Shown here piece by piece: positions 51,231 to 62,984 of a stretch of DNA of 64,000 nucleotides; the stretch's first letter is position 1; each line of letters starts with the position of its first letter. The stretch comes from Octopus bimaculoides (taxonomy: Eukaryota): contig NC_068998.1 in the NCBI RefSeq assembly GCF_001194135.2, positions 2,490,494-2,554,493 on the forward strand, read 5' to 3'. A program made the translations under genes and the position numbers. The notes beneath the pieces are model-generated. The model did not search any database. It had not been told where the DNA came from and worked only from the letters and a program-made list of their open reading frames with translations.

Positions 51231-51676
51231 AAGCATTTTTTGGGGGTGGGTGGGGAGAATAATAAAAGAATTTTTTTCTTTTTTAAGACTACAAACCTTC
51301 CACTTCCTTAGACTTAAGCAGTAAAACAACAGCAATAAACACAGCTCTGCTTTCTTTTTATATCCTACTTCTTCTCCTCCATCACCATAATCACCACCAC
51401 CACTACCATTATTATTATTATTATTATTATTATTACTGTCATCATTATCACACATGCCATCCTTGTCATCACCAAAGAACAACTGCAATAACAACCACAC
51501 TACATATTACTTTACCTCCTTCTTGCTTTCAGTATCTACATGGCTTGCTGTGTGTATACACAATGAAAACAGAGTACGCATATATGTACATTTATACATA
51601 TATAGACATACATGTATGTGTGTGTGTGCGTGCACGTGCATGTATATATAGATATGTGTGTATATATATGTGTGTG

Positions 51677-51717
<41 letters not shown>

Positions 51718-52789
51718 ATACACACACACATAGCATGTATATATCTCCTCTGGATGTGTGTGTGAACTGGGGGTTGGAGGTTGTATAAAGAAAACATGAC
51801 TAAACGTTAGGAAATAGCTAAGGATTTGCTCAGTGACAATTCCCTACAACAACCGCCACCAATGATGTTTATATATGACTCTTTATCACTGCTCCCTACC
51901 GAATGACTCTGGTTTTAGATATTTCTACAAGACTTTTCCGGAATATTTACCTACTCCTCCTTCACCACCGTCACCACTTATCCAGTGTCCACTCCTTATA
52001 TATTTTGGTCTCTACTGTTTTCTGTTTTCAGAGCAGAGCTGACTTCCACAGCTTCCTCTGCCACTCTTGCCGACTGCATGCAGGGTTCTACACACTCAGC
52101 TTAGGGAAACAAATATTTCATACGCACGCGTATGTGCATATGTGTATACTTGCACGTGTGTATTGTCTGCATGTCACTCCCCTGCATCTATAAATATTCA
52201 GTTTCAAATCAGTGGTGGATATGTATGTCTGTATAAATGTAAACCTCATGCACATGATGCCAACTTGGCTGTGTGGTCAAGAATGCTAACTTCCCAACCA
52301 TATGGTTTTGGGTTCAGTCTCACTGCAGATTCATTTGTTTTATGTTTATTTTCCAGGCTAGCATGGATTGGACAAAATATGTATTGCAGCATTATCGTGT
52401 GTGCGTGTGTGTGTGTTAGAATACATACACACTATATGGGAAGAGAATGAATAAACACACATGCAGATACAAACACACACACACATACATACATCACAGG
52501 ATTTCATAACAAAGAATTATGTTTTTACCGTTTCCTTTGTTCCATTGGTTTCTGTCTTATTGTTACAACAAACACAAGGAAGGCTTTAACAGATAAGTAG
52601 TAGTAGTAGCAGTAGCAGTAGTAGTGTTTGTGGAGTGCGGGAAGGTCAGTGAAACATATTTATTTTTATAAAAAACAGTTTGTTTCCCCATTTCCATATA
52701 CACACTACGACTTATCTATTTAAACCTTCCGTGTTGCTTGCAACAGAGAGATAATAAAAGTCGAAGTCATTATTCTGGCATTTAGTATT

Positions 52790-53018
52790 GTTCCTTCTAA
52801 TACCAACCCACTCATGACCTCCTCTCATTTTATGATACAAACCTCCTGTTTTAAAGTAATCTAAATTAAAACCTTCCATCAGAATTTTATTGTAATTTTA
52901 TGGTCTAAACACCAGCTTAATAATGAGGAAGTTATTTTACTAAATTCTTCATTATTTTCAAAAACAATTGAAACAAAGGATGTGTATTTCTATAGAAATG
53001 TGGTAACAAAAGGGTTAA
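52790..53018. mobile_element. piggyBac-like MITE (degenerate left end)
   Basis: Right end GGTAACAAAAGGG followed by TTAA (53015-53018). An inverted sister terminus CCCTTTTGTTACC occurs at 3522-3575. Confidence 0.45.
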
Positions 53019-54700
53019 CGGATTTGTTTTGTTCATGGAGAAACCAATTTATTGTTCCACCACTCACTTTCTAAAATGGCTATCAGAACATGGAGGTGCA
53101 AGCATAGCTATGTGGTTAACAAATTTTGCTTGGCAACCATCATAAATTTGTTTAATCAGGGCTAATTTGAGGTTAAACTACAAAATACATCAACTACATT
53201 ATAATAAATAAACAAAAATTAACTCTTTCCTCTGAAAAACTTTAAATATTTGTCCCATCTGTGTAAACATGTTTCGACAACTGAACTTCCTTTAAATTTG
53301 ATCTCCAAGCCAAGGTTTACATTACTCAAATCCATGTTGTCACTAACTCTCCTCCTGTTTTCACTTTCTAAATTCCCTTCACAATCATAATTAAGCTGAT
53401 GCATCAAATCTGATATGTTTTTCTGGGACCCTCGGAGGGGAACTTTCTAGGTGCATCCCATGGTTATTCATGACCGGGGGGGGGGGGTCTTTATCCTTTA
53501 TATTTTCAACATCATATATGGTACATTACTATTTGATTGTTATTGTTTAACCCTTGGTCAAGGGTCAGAAATATTCAGCTAACAAATACAAAGACCAGAG
53601 AATTCCTATGAGTACAGAGATCAGATCAACCCCTCAAGAGTACAGAACTCGACTCCTGTGAGTGTAGGCTGTAAAGGAATCTCTTATTCCCATGTTGACT
53701 TCAGCTAAAGCACTACAGTGTGTATGTGTTTATTTTGTTTCAACCATCATGGCCAAGGCTAAACTGGAGCACCACCTTTAAAATACCATGTATTAACTTT
53801 CCATTTGATACATATCTATCTCTCTCTTCAGTAAACATAATTCATTCTGCTTCAGAGTGATCCTCATTCTATTTTTTTAAAATGATTTGTCCAAGGAAGA
53901 GGGACAGTTCCCATTACCTTTGGGAGTTGTTCCCAAAAGTGTAAAGCTGAGAGTAAATGTGGAAAATTTAGGGGATTGCAATTCAGAAGAAAGGATTGGT
54001 AATCTCTAAAGTTGATAGTTCACTGTTGTAAATAGATGATGGTGGGAGCATTGTATTACCACTGTGTTGTTTCTGTAGCCTGCAGTGATAGTATATTGAA
54101 GCAGGAGAGGTAAGATGCGGGGATTGTTATTATTGGTTTATACCAAACAAGCAACACCCTGCTACTCCGAGGTGTTCTGGGAATAATCAGTCAACACACG
54201 AGTATTTTAACAGTAAATATAACAGTGAGAAGAATAACAAGCTATTTCCCACTGGTTTTTATTGACGCAGCTAACCCCATTGGTTTCAAACAGAATAAAA
54301 GCAGGACTTAATAGCTTGAAAACTAAACAACAAAACAATATTTCTTCATGAAAGGATAAAACTAAAACTATATTTTAGCTGCAGATATCATTAGCACAGT
54401 TATTGAGAGCCTAGTGCAGTCACTGCTCTCCTTTTCTCTGTTCCTAATGGAGAAATTGTTAGTACTGCTGCTGAATATCTCTCGTTGTGAGTGTTTAGCG
54501 TGAGGGTAGAGGAAATATCAGGGGGATTGGTCACAATTACTGTTGTTCTAAAATGCATTTATGAGCAAATTAGTACTACAAAATGAAACTATATTAATTT
54601 GGAATTAAAACTAAGCTGTGGATTTTATTCACTTTATATATATATATAGATATATATTTATATATATATATATAGATATATATTTATATATATATATATA

Positions 54701-55108
54701 GGTGCAGGCATGGCTGTGTGATAAGAAGCTTGCTTCCCAACCACATGATTCTAGGTTCAGTCCCACTGCATTGCACTCTGGGCAAGTGCCCTCTGCTATA
54801 GCCACGGGCCAATCAAAGCCTTGTGAGTGGATTTGGTTGATGGAAACTGAAAGAAGCCCGTCATGTGTGTGTGTGTGTGTGTGCGTGCGTGCGTGCGTGT
54901 GTGTATGCTTGTGTGTCTGTGTTTGTCCCTCCTATCATTGCTTGACGACCGATGTTGTGTTTATGTCCCTGTAACTTAGTGGTTTGGCAAAAGAGATCGA
55001 TAGAAAAAGTATTAGGCTTACAAAGAATAAGTCCTGTGGTCAAATTTGTTCGACTAAAAGCGGTGCTCCAGCATGGCCGCAGTCAAATGACAGAAACGCG
55101 TAAAAGAA
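54701..55108 (+). mobile_element. SINE family A, full length
   Basis: Head, body and tail all present. Confidence 0.82.
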
Positions 55109-55862
55109 TGTACACACAATGCACATTACTAATAACCAAACCACAGAAACATCAGTAAAGAATTGTTCCGATTCTCTTCTCCTCTTTTATCTATTAGAGT
55201 ACGAACTTTCCAGGTAAGAGCTCATCAATAAAGAAGTACTGTAAAGGACTACTCAGATCCTCATTTCTGTTACCATAGCGTATCTACCTTTCTAAGAACT
55301 ATTATGGACTTTTGCTTTCCTGTTTTCTCGCTCAAATCATATTTATTCTCACTTCTGTATAATTATTTTATAAATGCCAAGGTGCCATTTACTGCCTGTC
55401 CATCTTCTTTCTCACAATTGTCTGCAAAAAAACCTACAACCAAAACAGTGACCTTTACCAATTAAGGATGTCTTTATTTATATACATGCATCGTACATTG
55501 TGTACTCCCCGGTCGCAAATGACAGGTGACAGTTCTGCAATTTCATGCAGAACAACTTGCACAGATAATTGGCTTATAGTGACCAAATATTTGTGCTCAT
55601 TCCCCATGTGCTGGGTGCTTTTATTGTGCCGGTGGCATGGTAAAAGCACTCAGCACACACTGTAAAGTGGTTGGCATTAGGATGGGTATCCAGCTGTAGA
55701 ATCCAAGCCAAATCAAACTGGAACTTGATGCAACCCTCCTGCTCGCCAGCTCTGCTCAAACTGTCCAACCCATGCCAGTATGGACAATGGACATTGGTGG
55801 ATTGATGATGATGATGATGATGATGATGATATATATATATATACACACACACACACATATAT

Positions 55863-55895
<33 letters not shown>

Positions 55896-55972
55896 CATAT
55901 ATATACATACATACATACATATACATATATACACACTTATATAAACTAAACCCATATACAAATACCTCACTA

Positions 55973-56030
<58 letters not shown>

Positions 56031-56366
56031 GACAGACATACACACATGAGGATGTGTGTGTATATATCTATACATACATCTGGGTGTGTGTGTGGCGCAC
56101 ATACATGCATGCTCATAATGTAAACAAATTTGGTAGCTATTGCAGTAGCTCCAACTTGAAATTCTCTCAGCTTATGTTTTTACTATCAACAGTTGGAAGA
56201 CTTACATAAGATAATTATTGGCAAAGCAGTAGCAAAGATGAAGTAGTAAATCTCTTCCAACACAGAATTCACCAAAGTCTACAAGAAATGGTAGAGGCAT
56301 TATAAAATAGATTGAAAAATATCTCCAGGATTCTGTCAGAGATTTCAGCTATTTGTATCTAGGTCT

Positions 56367-56404
<38 letters not shown>

Positions 56405-57096
56405 CATGTGGATATACGTGTGTGTAAATCTGTGTGAATGTATATCTGTATATCCTATAGTGATTTCAGTTTAAATTTATTTAGCAAAGCCTACAATTCT
56501 GTTTTCTCAATTGGAACCTAACAACTGTTATTTAGAAATGTCTGAAACGTTTATCTAGGTGGTATAGTTGTTAACTTGTGGTAGGTAACAACATTGAGGT
56601 ACTGCAGACAGTAAATATTTAACTGATCTAATGAATCTGTAATCCTGCCTTTTGGATCCCCCACCGAGTGGAAACCTATTTGGGGTCTCACTTCCCTTTA
56701 TCACACCTTGGTTCCTTCCCTTCTCACTGCCATGTTCCAACTGCCATACACTAACGGGGGGGGGGGGGACAATGGACATTTATACAAGGCTCACAGATAA
56801 AAGAAAAGATGCCTCAGGCGAAAACCTCAAAGTAACAACTTTATACTAATGCAACATCAAGTTAATGTAAGAAACCAGGTCAGTGATTTGGATACATTTA
56901 ATTAATCTTGATAAGGGCTTTTATTCAATTATTCTTGGACCTTGTCAGCAAGAATGCCATGGCAACTGAGCTATGCACACACGCACACACACACATGTAC
57001 ACATGCACAAAATTAGCTCACTCTCAATAAATATTTACATCATGTACTGAGGGCATTTTCTTTCATTTGGAAATATAAACATATCATCATATAAGC

Positions 57097-57354
57097 CAGT
57101 GGTTCTCAACCGGATTCCCCATGGCCCTTGGTCGGAGGGTCTAGATAAGATTTTATTGTTGAAATTTATCTGCAATAAATTGATTATACCTGTGTAATAC
57201 ACAAAATGTTTTAATTTTTTGATACAATTTCTAATAATATCTAATAATAAAAGTATAATAGGAGTTTTTGTAATCCTGGAATGACTAGGAAGGGCCATTC
57301 GAGTGAAATAGGAATGAAAGGGTTCCATAGGGAACAAAATAGTTGGGAAACATG
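57097..57354. mobile_element. Second copy of the same hAT MITE family, opposite orientation
   Basis: Starts CAGTGGTTCTCAACC; its body is the reverse complement of 62860-62976; the far TIR is degenerate. Confidence 0.7.
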
Positions 57355-57371
57355 TATAAACCACATATATG

Positions 57372-57598
57372 ATTATTTACATTATTTACATTTGACAGAT
57401 ATTTCTCCTCATCTTGTTGTTAACACAACGTTTCGGCTGATATACCCTCCAGCCTTCGTCAGGTGTCTTGGGGAAATTTCGAACCTGGGTTCTCATTCCT
57501 AACGATGTTACTATTATTATTATATTATTATTATTACTATTATTAATCAGGTCGCTGCCGTGAATCGCTCTTAACCGCTACGCCATATGCCCACGGGC
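57372..57598 (-). mobile_element. tRNA-headed, hammerhead-bearing SINE-like element, copy 2 (B-box deleted, ribozyme core intact)
   Basis: A-box TGGCGTAGCGG (57585-57575), (AAT)n linker, shared body GAGAACCCAGGTTCGAAATTTCCCCAAGACAC, then the hammerhead. Homologous to 7459-7648 and 58163-58263. Confidence 0.75.
57422..57467 (-). ncRNA. Minimal type I hammerhead ribozyme (Penelope/retrozyme type)
   Basis: Minus strand reads GACAC-CUGACGA-A-GGCUG-(GAGGGUAUAU)-CAGCC-GAAAC-GUU-GUGUU. It has a complete core, a 5-bp stem II, a 5-bp stem I (GACAC/GUGUU, one G-U pair), a loopless palindromic stem III (AACGUU) and an extra A after A9. Confidence 0.8.
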
Positions 57599-58162
57599 NN
57601 NNNNNNNNNNNNNNNNNNNNNNNNNNNNNNNNNNNNNNNNNNNNNNNNNNNNNNNNNNNNNNNNNNNNNNNNNNNNNNNNNNNNNNNNNNNNNNNNNNNN
57701 NNNNNNNNNNNNNNNNNNNNNNNNNNNNNNNNNNNNNNNNNNNNNNNNNNNNNNNNNNNNNNNNNNNNNNNNNNNNNNNNNNNNNNNNNNNNNNNNNNNN
57801 NNNNNNNNNNNNNNNNNNNNNNNNNNNNNNNNNNNNNNNNNNNNNNNNNNNNNNNNNNNNNNNNNNNNNNNNNNNNNNNNNNNNNNNNNNNNNNNNNNNN
57901 NNNNNNNNNNNNNNNNNNNNNNNNNNNNNNNNNNNNNNNNNNNNNNNNNNNNNNNNNNNNNNNNNNNNNNNNNNNNNNNNNNNNNNNNNNNNNNNNNNNN
58001 NNNNNNNNNNNNNNNNNNNNNNNNNNNNNNNNNNNNNNNNNNNNNNNNNNNNNNNNNNNNNNNNNNNNNNNNNNNNNNNNNNNNNNNNNNNNNNNNNNNN
58101 NNNNNNNNNNNNNNNNNNNNNNNNNNNNNNNNNNNNNNNNNNNNNNNNNNNNNNNNNNNNNN

Positions 58163-58263
58163 TTATCAGCCGAAACGTTGTGTTAACAACAAACAAGATG
58201 AGGAGAAATATCCGTCAAATGTAAATAATGTAAATAATTCCTCATCTCTTAAATATAGAACTG
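58163..58263 (+). mobile_element. Same element, copy 3 (3' half; the 5' half is presumably in the gap), inverted relative to copy 2
   Basis: TATCAGCCGAAACGTTGTGTTAACAAC...GTAAATAAT is the reverse complement of 57372-57443 apart from one substitution and a 4-nt indel. Confidence 0.75.
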
Positions 58264-59178
58264 TATTATATATGCTGTATTATCAAACTCCCTCCAACCC
58301 ATGCAAACATCTTCTCTCTAAGTATCTGTGTTGATACACTTAGCATAGAGATTCTATGTATTTAATTTGTTCAACTACACTCTGTTAAGAAGGCCAGCTG
58401 TAGTTCACCAAACAAGTCTCTGAGCCGTAACTTGATCTGCTAGACATAGCAACCAAATCAAACCTCAAATTACTCCCTGCTTTCTTGAAAACATAGAAAG
58501 ACATTGGATAATGTATTCTTAGATAGGAAATACTCTAGAGAAGACAAGAATGCCTTCAATCGAAGATGTACTCTGTCACAGCCAACCTGGGGTTAAACAG
58601 TGATGACAGGCACCTCAACCAATTTCCCATAAAACAACAAAACTGAAAGCTGGAGTTGACAAACAACCCCTTTCTTTCCTGGCCATCACTTCCAGCATAG
58701 TGTAACACTGGAGGCGGGAATATATTCACATGAATGATGATGATGATGATAGTGGTTGTAGTGATGGAGCTGATGATGTCAATAATAACAAAAACAATAA
58801 CAACAGTTATAAGAATATTAGGTGCATGGCGTATTAAAGCGTTTAGCTTCTGTAAAGCCAGACATCTGATAAAATTTTCTCATATTGGGTTTCTGGAATT
58901 TAGATCGGAAGAAGATTACACACACACACACACACACACACATACAGAGGGAGGGAGAGAAGAAGAAAGAGAGAGGGAGAAGGAGGGAGACAGGGTAAGA
59001 GAGAAAGAGAAAGTCCTGTCTTTTAGGAAGTGACTATGACTGAATGGTTATATTATGTATATTTTCTGTCACCAAAAACTTATCTTATTTTCATGGTGAC
59101 TGACAGATTATTGGTTAAAATTGATTGACTCTTTTATTTTGTTGCTGCCTTACTTTTTTCAAGTCAGATAATTCCTCT

Positions 59179-59210
<32 letters not shown>

Positions 59211-59895
59211 GTGCACAAATAAAATTTCCATTTAATAACCTTCAAAGTTATTCAGAAGTGTTTGAATATAAAACTACTTGTGTCGTATGAGGAATCGTAT
59301 TTCAAACATTTTGGTTAAAATCTGCAGACAGCAGGAGCTTTTTATTTTTTAGCATTAAATGAATGAATGAAAATCAGATGGCAAGTGGGGGTAGGGGTGG
59401 AGTGTTGCATGTGCAGTGTAGGAGGGTTTTTTTTTTTTTAATTCCCCAGATATGGGGAAAATTAAGCATGTCATCGTGATTAAATTTTACTGAGCTTCTG
59501 AAAAGTTTCAACAATTCCTCACATACAATTCTAAAATTATACGGAAACTGTTTTAATCTTAGACTCTGTTCTCAGTTTCTCATAACATCATCACCACCAC
59601 CATCATTGTTTCAACATCTACGTTTCCATGTTTGTATCGGTCAGATGAGATTACATAGGGATAGGTAAGAAGCCAACCCCTGTCTGTTTCCAGATGGGAT
59701 AATAATCTCTCAGTTCTACTGAACAACAAACAGCTTGGACAAGTTCTTCTGGTGGACGGCAGGCAAATGACATCATCAGCAAGGTCACTGTTTACAACCT
59801 GCACATAAACGTGAAGAAAATACGAACACACACACACACATTGGCTCTAACAACCGCAAATCCAAATATGTAAGTGCATGTGTATCCATATAACT

Positions 59896-60205
59896 GGCAT
59901 TCCATCGGTCATGGCAAGGGTTCCAGTTGATCCAATCAACAGAACAACCTACTTATGAAATTAATGTGCAAGTGGCTGAGCACTCCACAGACACGTGTAC
60001 CCTTAACATTGTTCTCAGTGAGATTCAGTGTGACACAGAGTGTGACAAGGCTGGCCCTCTTGAATTACAGGTACCACTCATTTCTGCCAGCTGAGTGAAC
60101 TGGGGCAGCATGAAATAAAGTGTCTTGCTCAGGGATGCAATACGCTGGCAGGAATTGAACTCTTGTCTTTACCCTTGGGAGCTGAATGCTCTTAACCATG
60201 TGCCT
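59896..60205 (-). mobile_element. tRNA-derived SINE family C (partial copy at about 24170-24260)
   Basis: Minus-strand head GGTTAAGAGCATTCAG..GAGTTCAATTCC followed by CCCTGAGCAAGACACTTTATTTCA. Confidence 0.65.
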
Positions 60206-61094
60206 TCACTGTGTATAAATACAAAGAGAGAGACACACAAGTGAGAGATAGAGTGTGTGTGTGTATGTGTGTGTCTATTATCTTTTACTTGTTTTGGTCA
60301 TTAGACTGTGGCCATGCTGGGGCACCACCTTGAAGTCAATTCATTTGAGTCAAATGAATTGACTCCAGGATTTATTTTTGAATGCCTGGTACTTATTCTA
60401 TCAGTCTTTTTGCCAAACTGCTAAGTTACAGAGATGTAAACATAACAATACCAGTTGTCAAGCAGTGATGGGGAACAAAGACAGACACAGACACACATAT
60501 TAAATATTTCTATCTATCTATCTATCTATCTATCTATATATATATACAGATTGCTTTCTTGACTGATTAAGAAATAAGTAAAAAAAAGAAACAGGAATAT
60601 TGCCATGTGACAAGTGAAATAACTCAGCATTTCATTAGGATGAAATCACAGGTTTCAAATCTCAATCTGGGCACCATGTGCTGGGTCCCTAGAGTAAGTG
60701 AAACCATTGGATTGATTATATGGAAATGGTACAGGTTACTTTGGGGAATTATTTTTTGGACAGACTAAAATCTTTTGGCAAAGAATGCTTAGGCCAAGAA
60801 TTCAATCTCTGTATGACTCACTTAGACTCTAAAAGAGAAGGGGAAAAAATCTTTTTATTTCTCTTTCACTAATCTAATGGGTAGTGGTGGGATATGGTGG
60901 CAGTGGTGAATATCATGGTTGTAATGGTGGTGGTGGTGTGCATGGTGGATGGCTTAAAGATAATTGTGCGAGTCTAGAGTGTTAAAGATTAGTTCTAGAA
61001 TAAAGAAATACGTCTTGACCTAGATGCACATCCAGCAAGACTGAGTACAGGATTTTATCTAAAGGGGAAGAAACAAATGTTTCAAGACAACTTT

Positions 61095-61304
61095 TCTCTT
61101 TTACTTATTTGAGTCCTTTGACTGTGACCATGCTGGTGCACTGCCTTGAAGGATTTTAGGTAAACAAATCGACTCTAGGATTTATTATTTTTTGAAGTCT
61201 AATACTTGTTCTATTGGTTTCTTTTGCCGAACCACTAAGTTACAGGGATGTAAACACACCATTACTGATTGTCAACCAGTGGTGAGTGACAAACACACAC
61301 AGAG

Positions 61305-61355
<51 letters not shown>

Positions 61356-61528
61356 CACATATATATACACAATAGGTTTCTTTCAGTTTCCATCTACCAA
61401 ATCCACTCACAAGGCTTTGGTCAGCCTGAGGCTATAGTAGAAGACACTTGCTCAAGTTGCCATGCGGTAGGACTGAACCTGGGACCATGTGGTTGAGAAA
61501 CAAACTTCTTAGCACACAGCCATACCTG
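61095..61528 (-). mobile_element. SINE family A, full length. Partial copies at about 9529-9728, 12503-12975, 15990-16160, 24258-24515, 44975-45120, 47340-47590, 49845-49955 and 60280-60500
   Basis: Mutual similarity read by eye; boundaries approximate. Confidence 0.78.
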
Positions 61529-62395
61529 AGCTCTTGAATAGATAAATACAACAGTGACCAGCAAAGTTGACTTAGATTGTTAACTTCACCCCCTGAGAAG
61601 ATGGTAGTGTGACCAGAATCTCAGTANNNNNNNNNNNNNNNNNACAGTGACCAGCAAAGTTGACTTAGATTGTTAACTTCACCCCCTGAGAAGATGGTAG
61701 TGTGACCAGAATCTCAGTAAATATTATTGCCTATTTTTTTAATGTAGTCACAGAACTGAAAGATTCTTTAAATTGCCAAAATGAGCTGCTTCAGAATATG
61801 AACATTAGAAACGGTTCACAGATTTCTTAATTGTTTATGCAACCAAACAGATATTAATGAAATGCTGGATAATTCCTCTATCTCTCAGACAATTACAAGA
61901 ATATACACATACATAATATATACATACATACATGTGTATATGTCTGTTCACGTGTGCAAATATACATAGTTGATTTGTATACTCACGTGTATGTGCTCGT
62001 GTGTGTGTGTGGTTTCAAAAAGAAGTTGAATTGCGAATCAGAACATCTTAAGTTTCCACCACATTAAACATTAAGAGTTATTTGTGTGTCAATGAATGAA
62101 TACCACTAATTTACTACATAAGCTTACTCTCATAATTATTCCCCACCTCCATCCTCCACCCATTCAGTTTAATCTTGATGATTTCATTAAACAAAAATGT
62201 TCATTCTTCTATTGTATACAGTGTGCTCATTAAAATTAACCACCATAAATTTAGTTTTTTTCTTAATTTCAAAATAAGAGAAGTTGGGTTAGGACAAAAC
62301 ACTTTATGGTTCCTTGTGTTCCTAAAATTAAACCCTACTAACATCTCACTTTAATGCTATTTCGAAGACAAGTCAATGAGACAGACCCTCTACGT

Positions 62396-62976
62396 CAGTG
62401 GTTCTCAACCAATCTTTTTTACCTATGGGTCCTTTTGATTCCTATTTTAATCGGGTGGACCCACATTCAATGTTTTAAAAAAATCATATTATATTTTTTG
62501 AGGCAAGGTGGATGAGTTCCTTTCGAGTGTTGGGCCTCACAGAGGCAATGACCAAGACCTTTGGCATTATGTCGTGCTAAAGAAGAAGACCCATCAAGCT
62601 GAACAAAATTGCAGTTGTGGCAGATACTGGTGTCACACAAATTGGCACCCGTGTCGGTAGCATGTAAACGCACCAGAGTATCATGCAAATGGCACCCATG
62701 CCAGGGGCACGTAAAAGCATCCAGCCGTAGAAAACTATGCGAAATCAGACTGGAGTCTGGTGCAGCCTTCCAGCATGCCAGTCCAATGAAATCATCCAAT
62801 CTATGCCAACATGGACAACGGACATTAAATGATGATGATGATGATGATGATGATAACATTGAGAATTGTATAAAAAAAATTTTTTATATTGTAACCAGTT
62901 TATTGCAGATAAATTTTAACAACAATATCTTATGTGGACCCCTAAGGGCCATATGGACTCTGGTTGAGAACTTCTG
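62396..62976. mobile_element. hAT MITE with perfect 8-bp TSD, carrying a nested retroposon
   Basis: TIRs CAGTGGTTCTCAACC / GGTTGAGAACTTCTG. TSD CTCTACGT at 62388-62395 and 62977-62984. Confidence 0.9.
62501..62854 (+). mobile_element. Retroposon with a (GAT)n tail nested in the hAT MITE; related copy at about 55603-55830
   Basis: Both copies share the tail CCAA(T/C)C(T/C)ATGCCA..ATGGACAA(C/T)GGACATT followed by (GAT)n. Confidence 0.65.
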
Positions 62977-62984
62977 CTCTACGT

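Larger units (their letters stand above)
2049..61643. other. Assembly gaps: 2049-2641, 3716-4110, 5492-5501, 7378-7387, 8271-8896, 10968-11710, 17608-18250, 19675-20503, 21484-22139, 26601-27560, 28087-28129, 34736-34745, 45860-46310, 57599-58162, 61627-61643
   Basis: Runs of N. Confidence 0.99.

Noticed and set aside
53219-53407. ORF MMHQLNYDCEGN...
   Set aside because: Short, unrecognised and adjacent to a repeat fragment.
54018-54117. MMVGAL... reading frame ending at GAG|GTAAGA, considered as integrin exon 2
   Set aside because: The phase is incompatible with the phase-2 donor (immediate TGA), and it lacks the GAP...G.V..C pattern.
1984-58196. Long ORFs in the supplied track (e.g. 26511-27950, 8153-9046, 17495-18322, 45731-46615)
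   Set aside because: They consist of N-runs translated as X plus microsatellite flanks.
59580-59837. ORF with DLADDVICL (minus) and an exon-like WDNNLSVLL frame (plus)
   Set aside because: Only a weak resemblance to an RT ADD motif, and the plus frame has no good donor and no integrin similarity. Left unassigned.
61551-61719. Exact 76-bp direct repeat (61551-61626 and 61644-61719)
   Set aside because: It flanks a 17-N gap exactly, which is typical of unmerged contig overlap.
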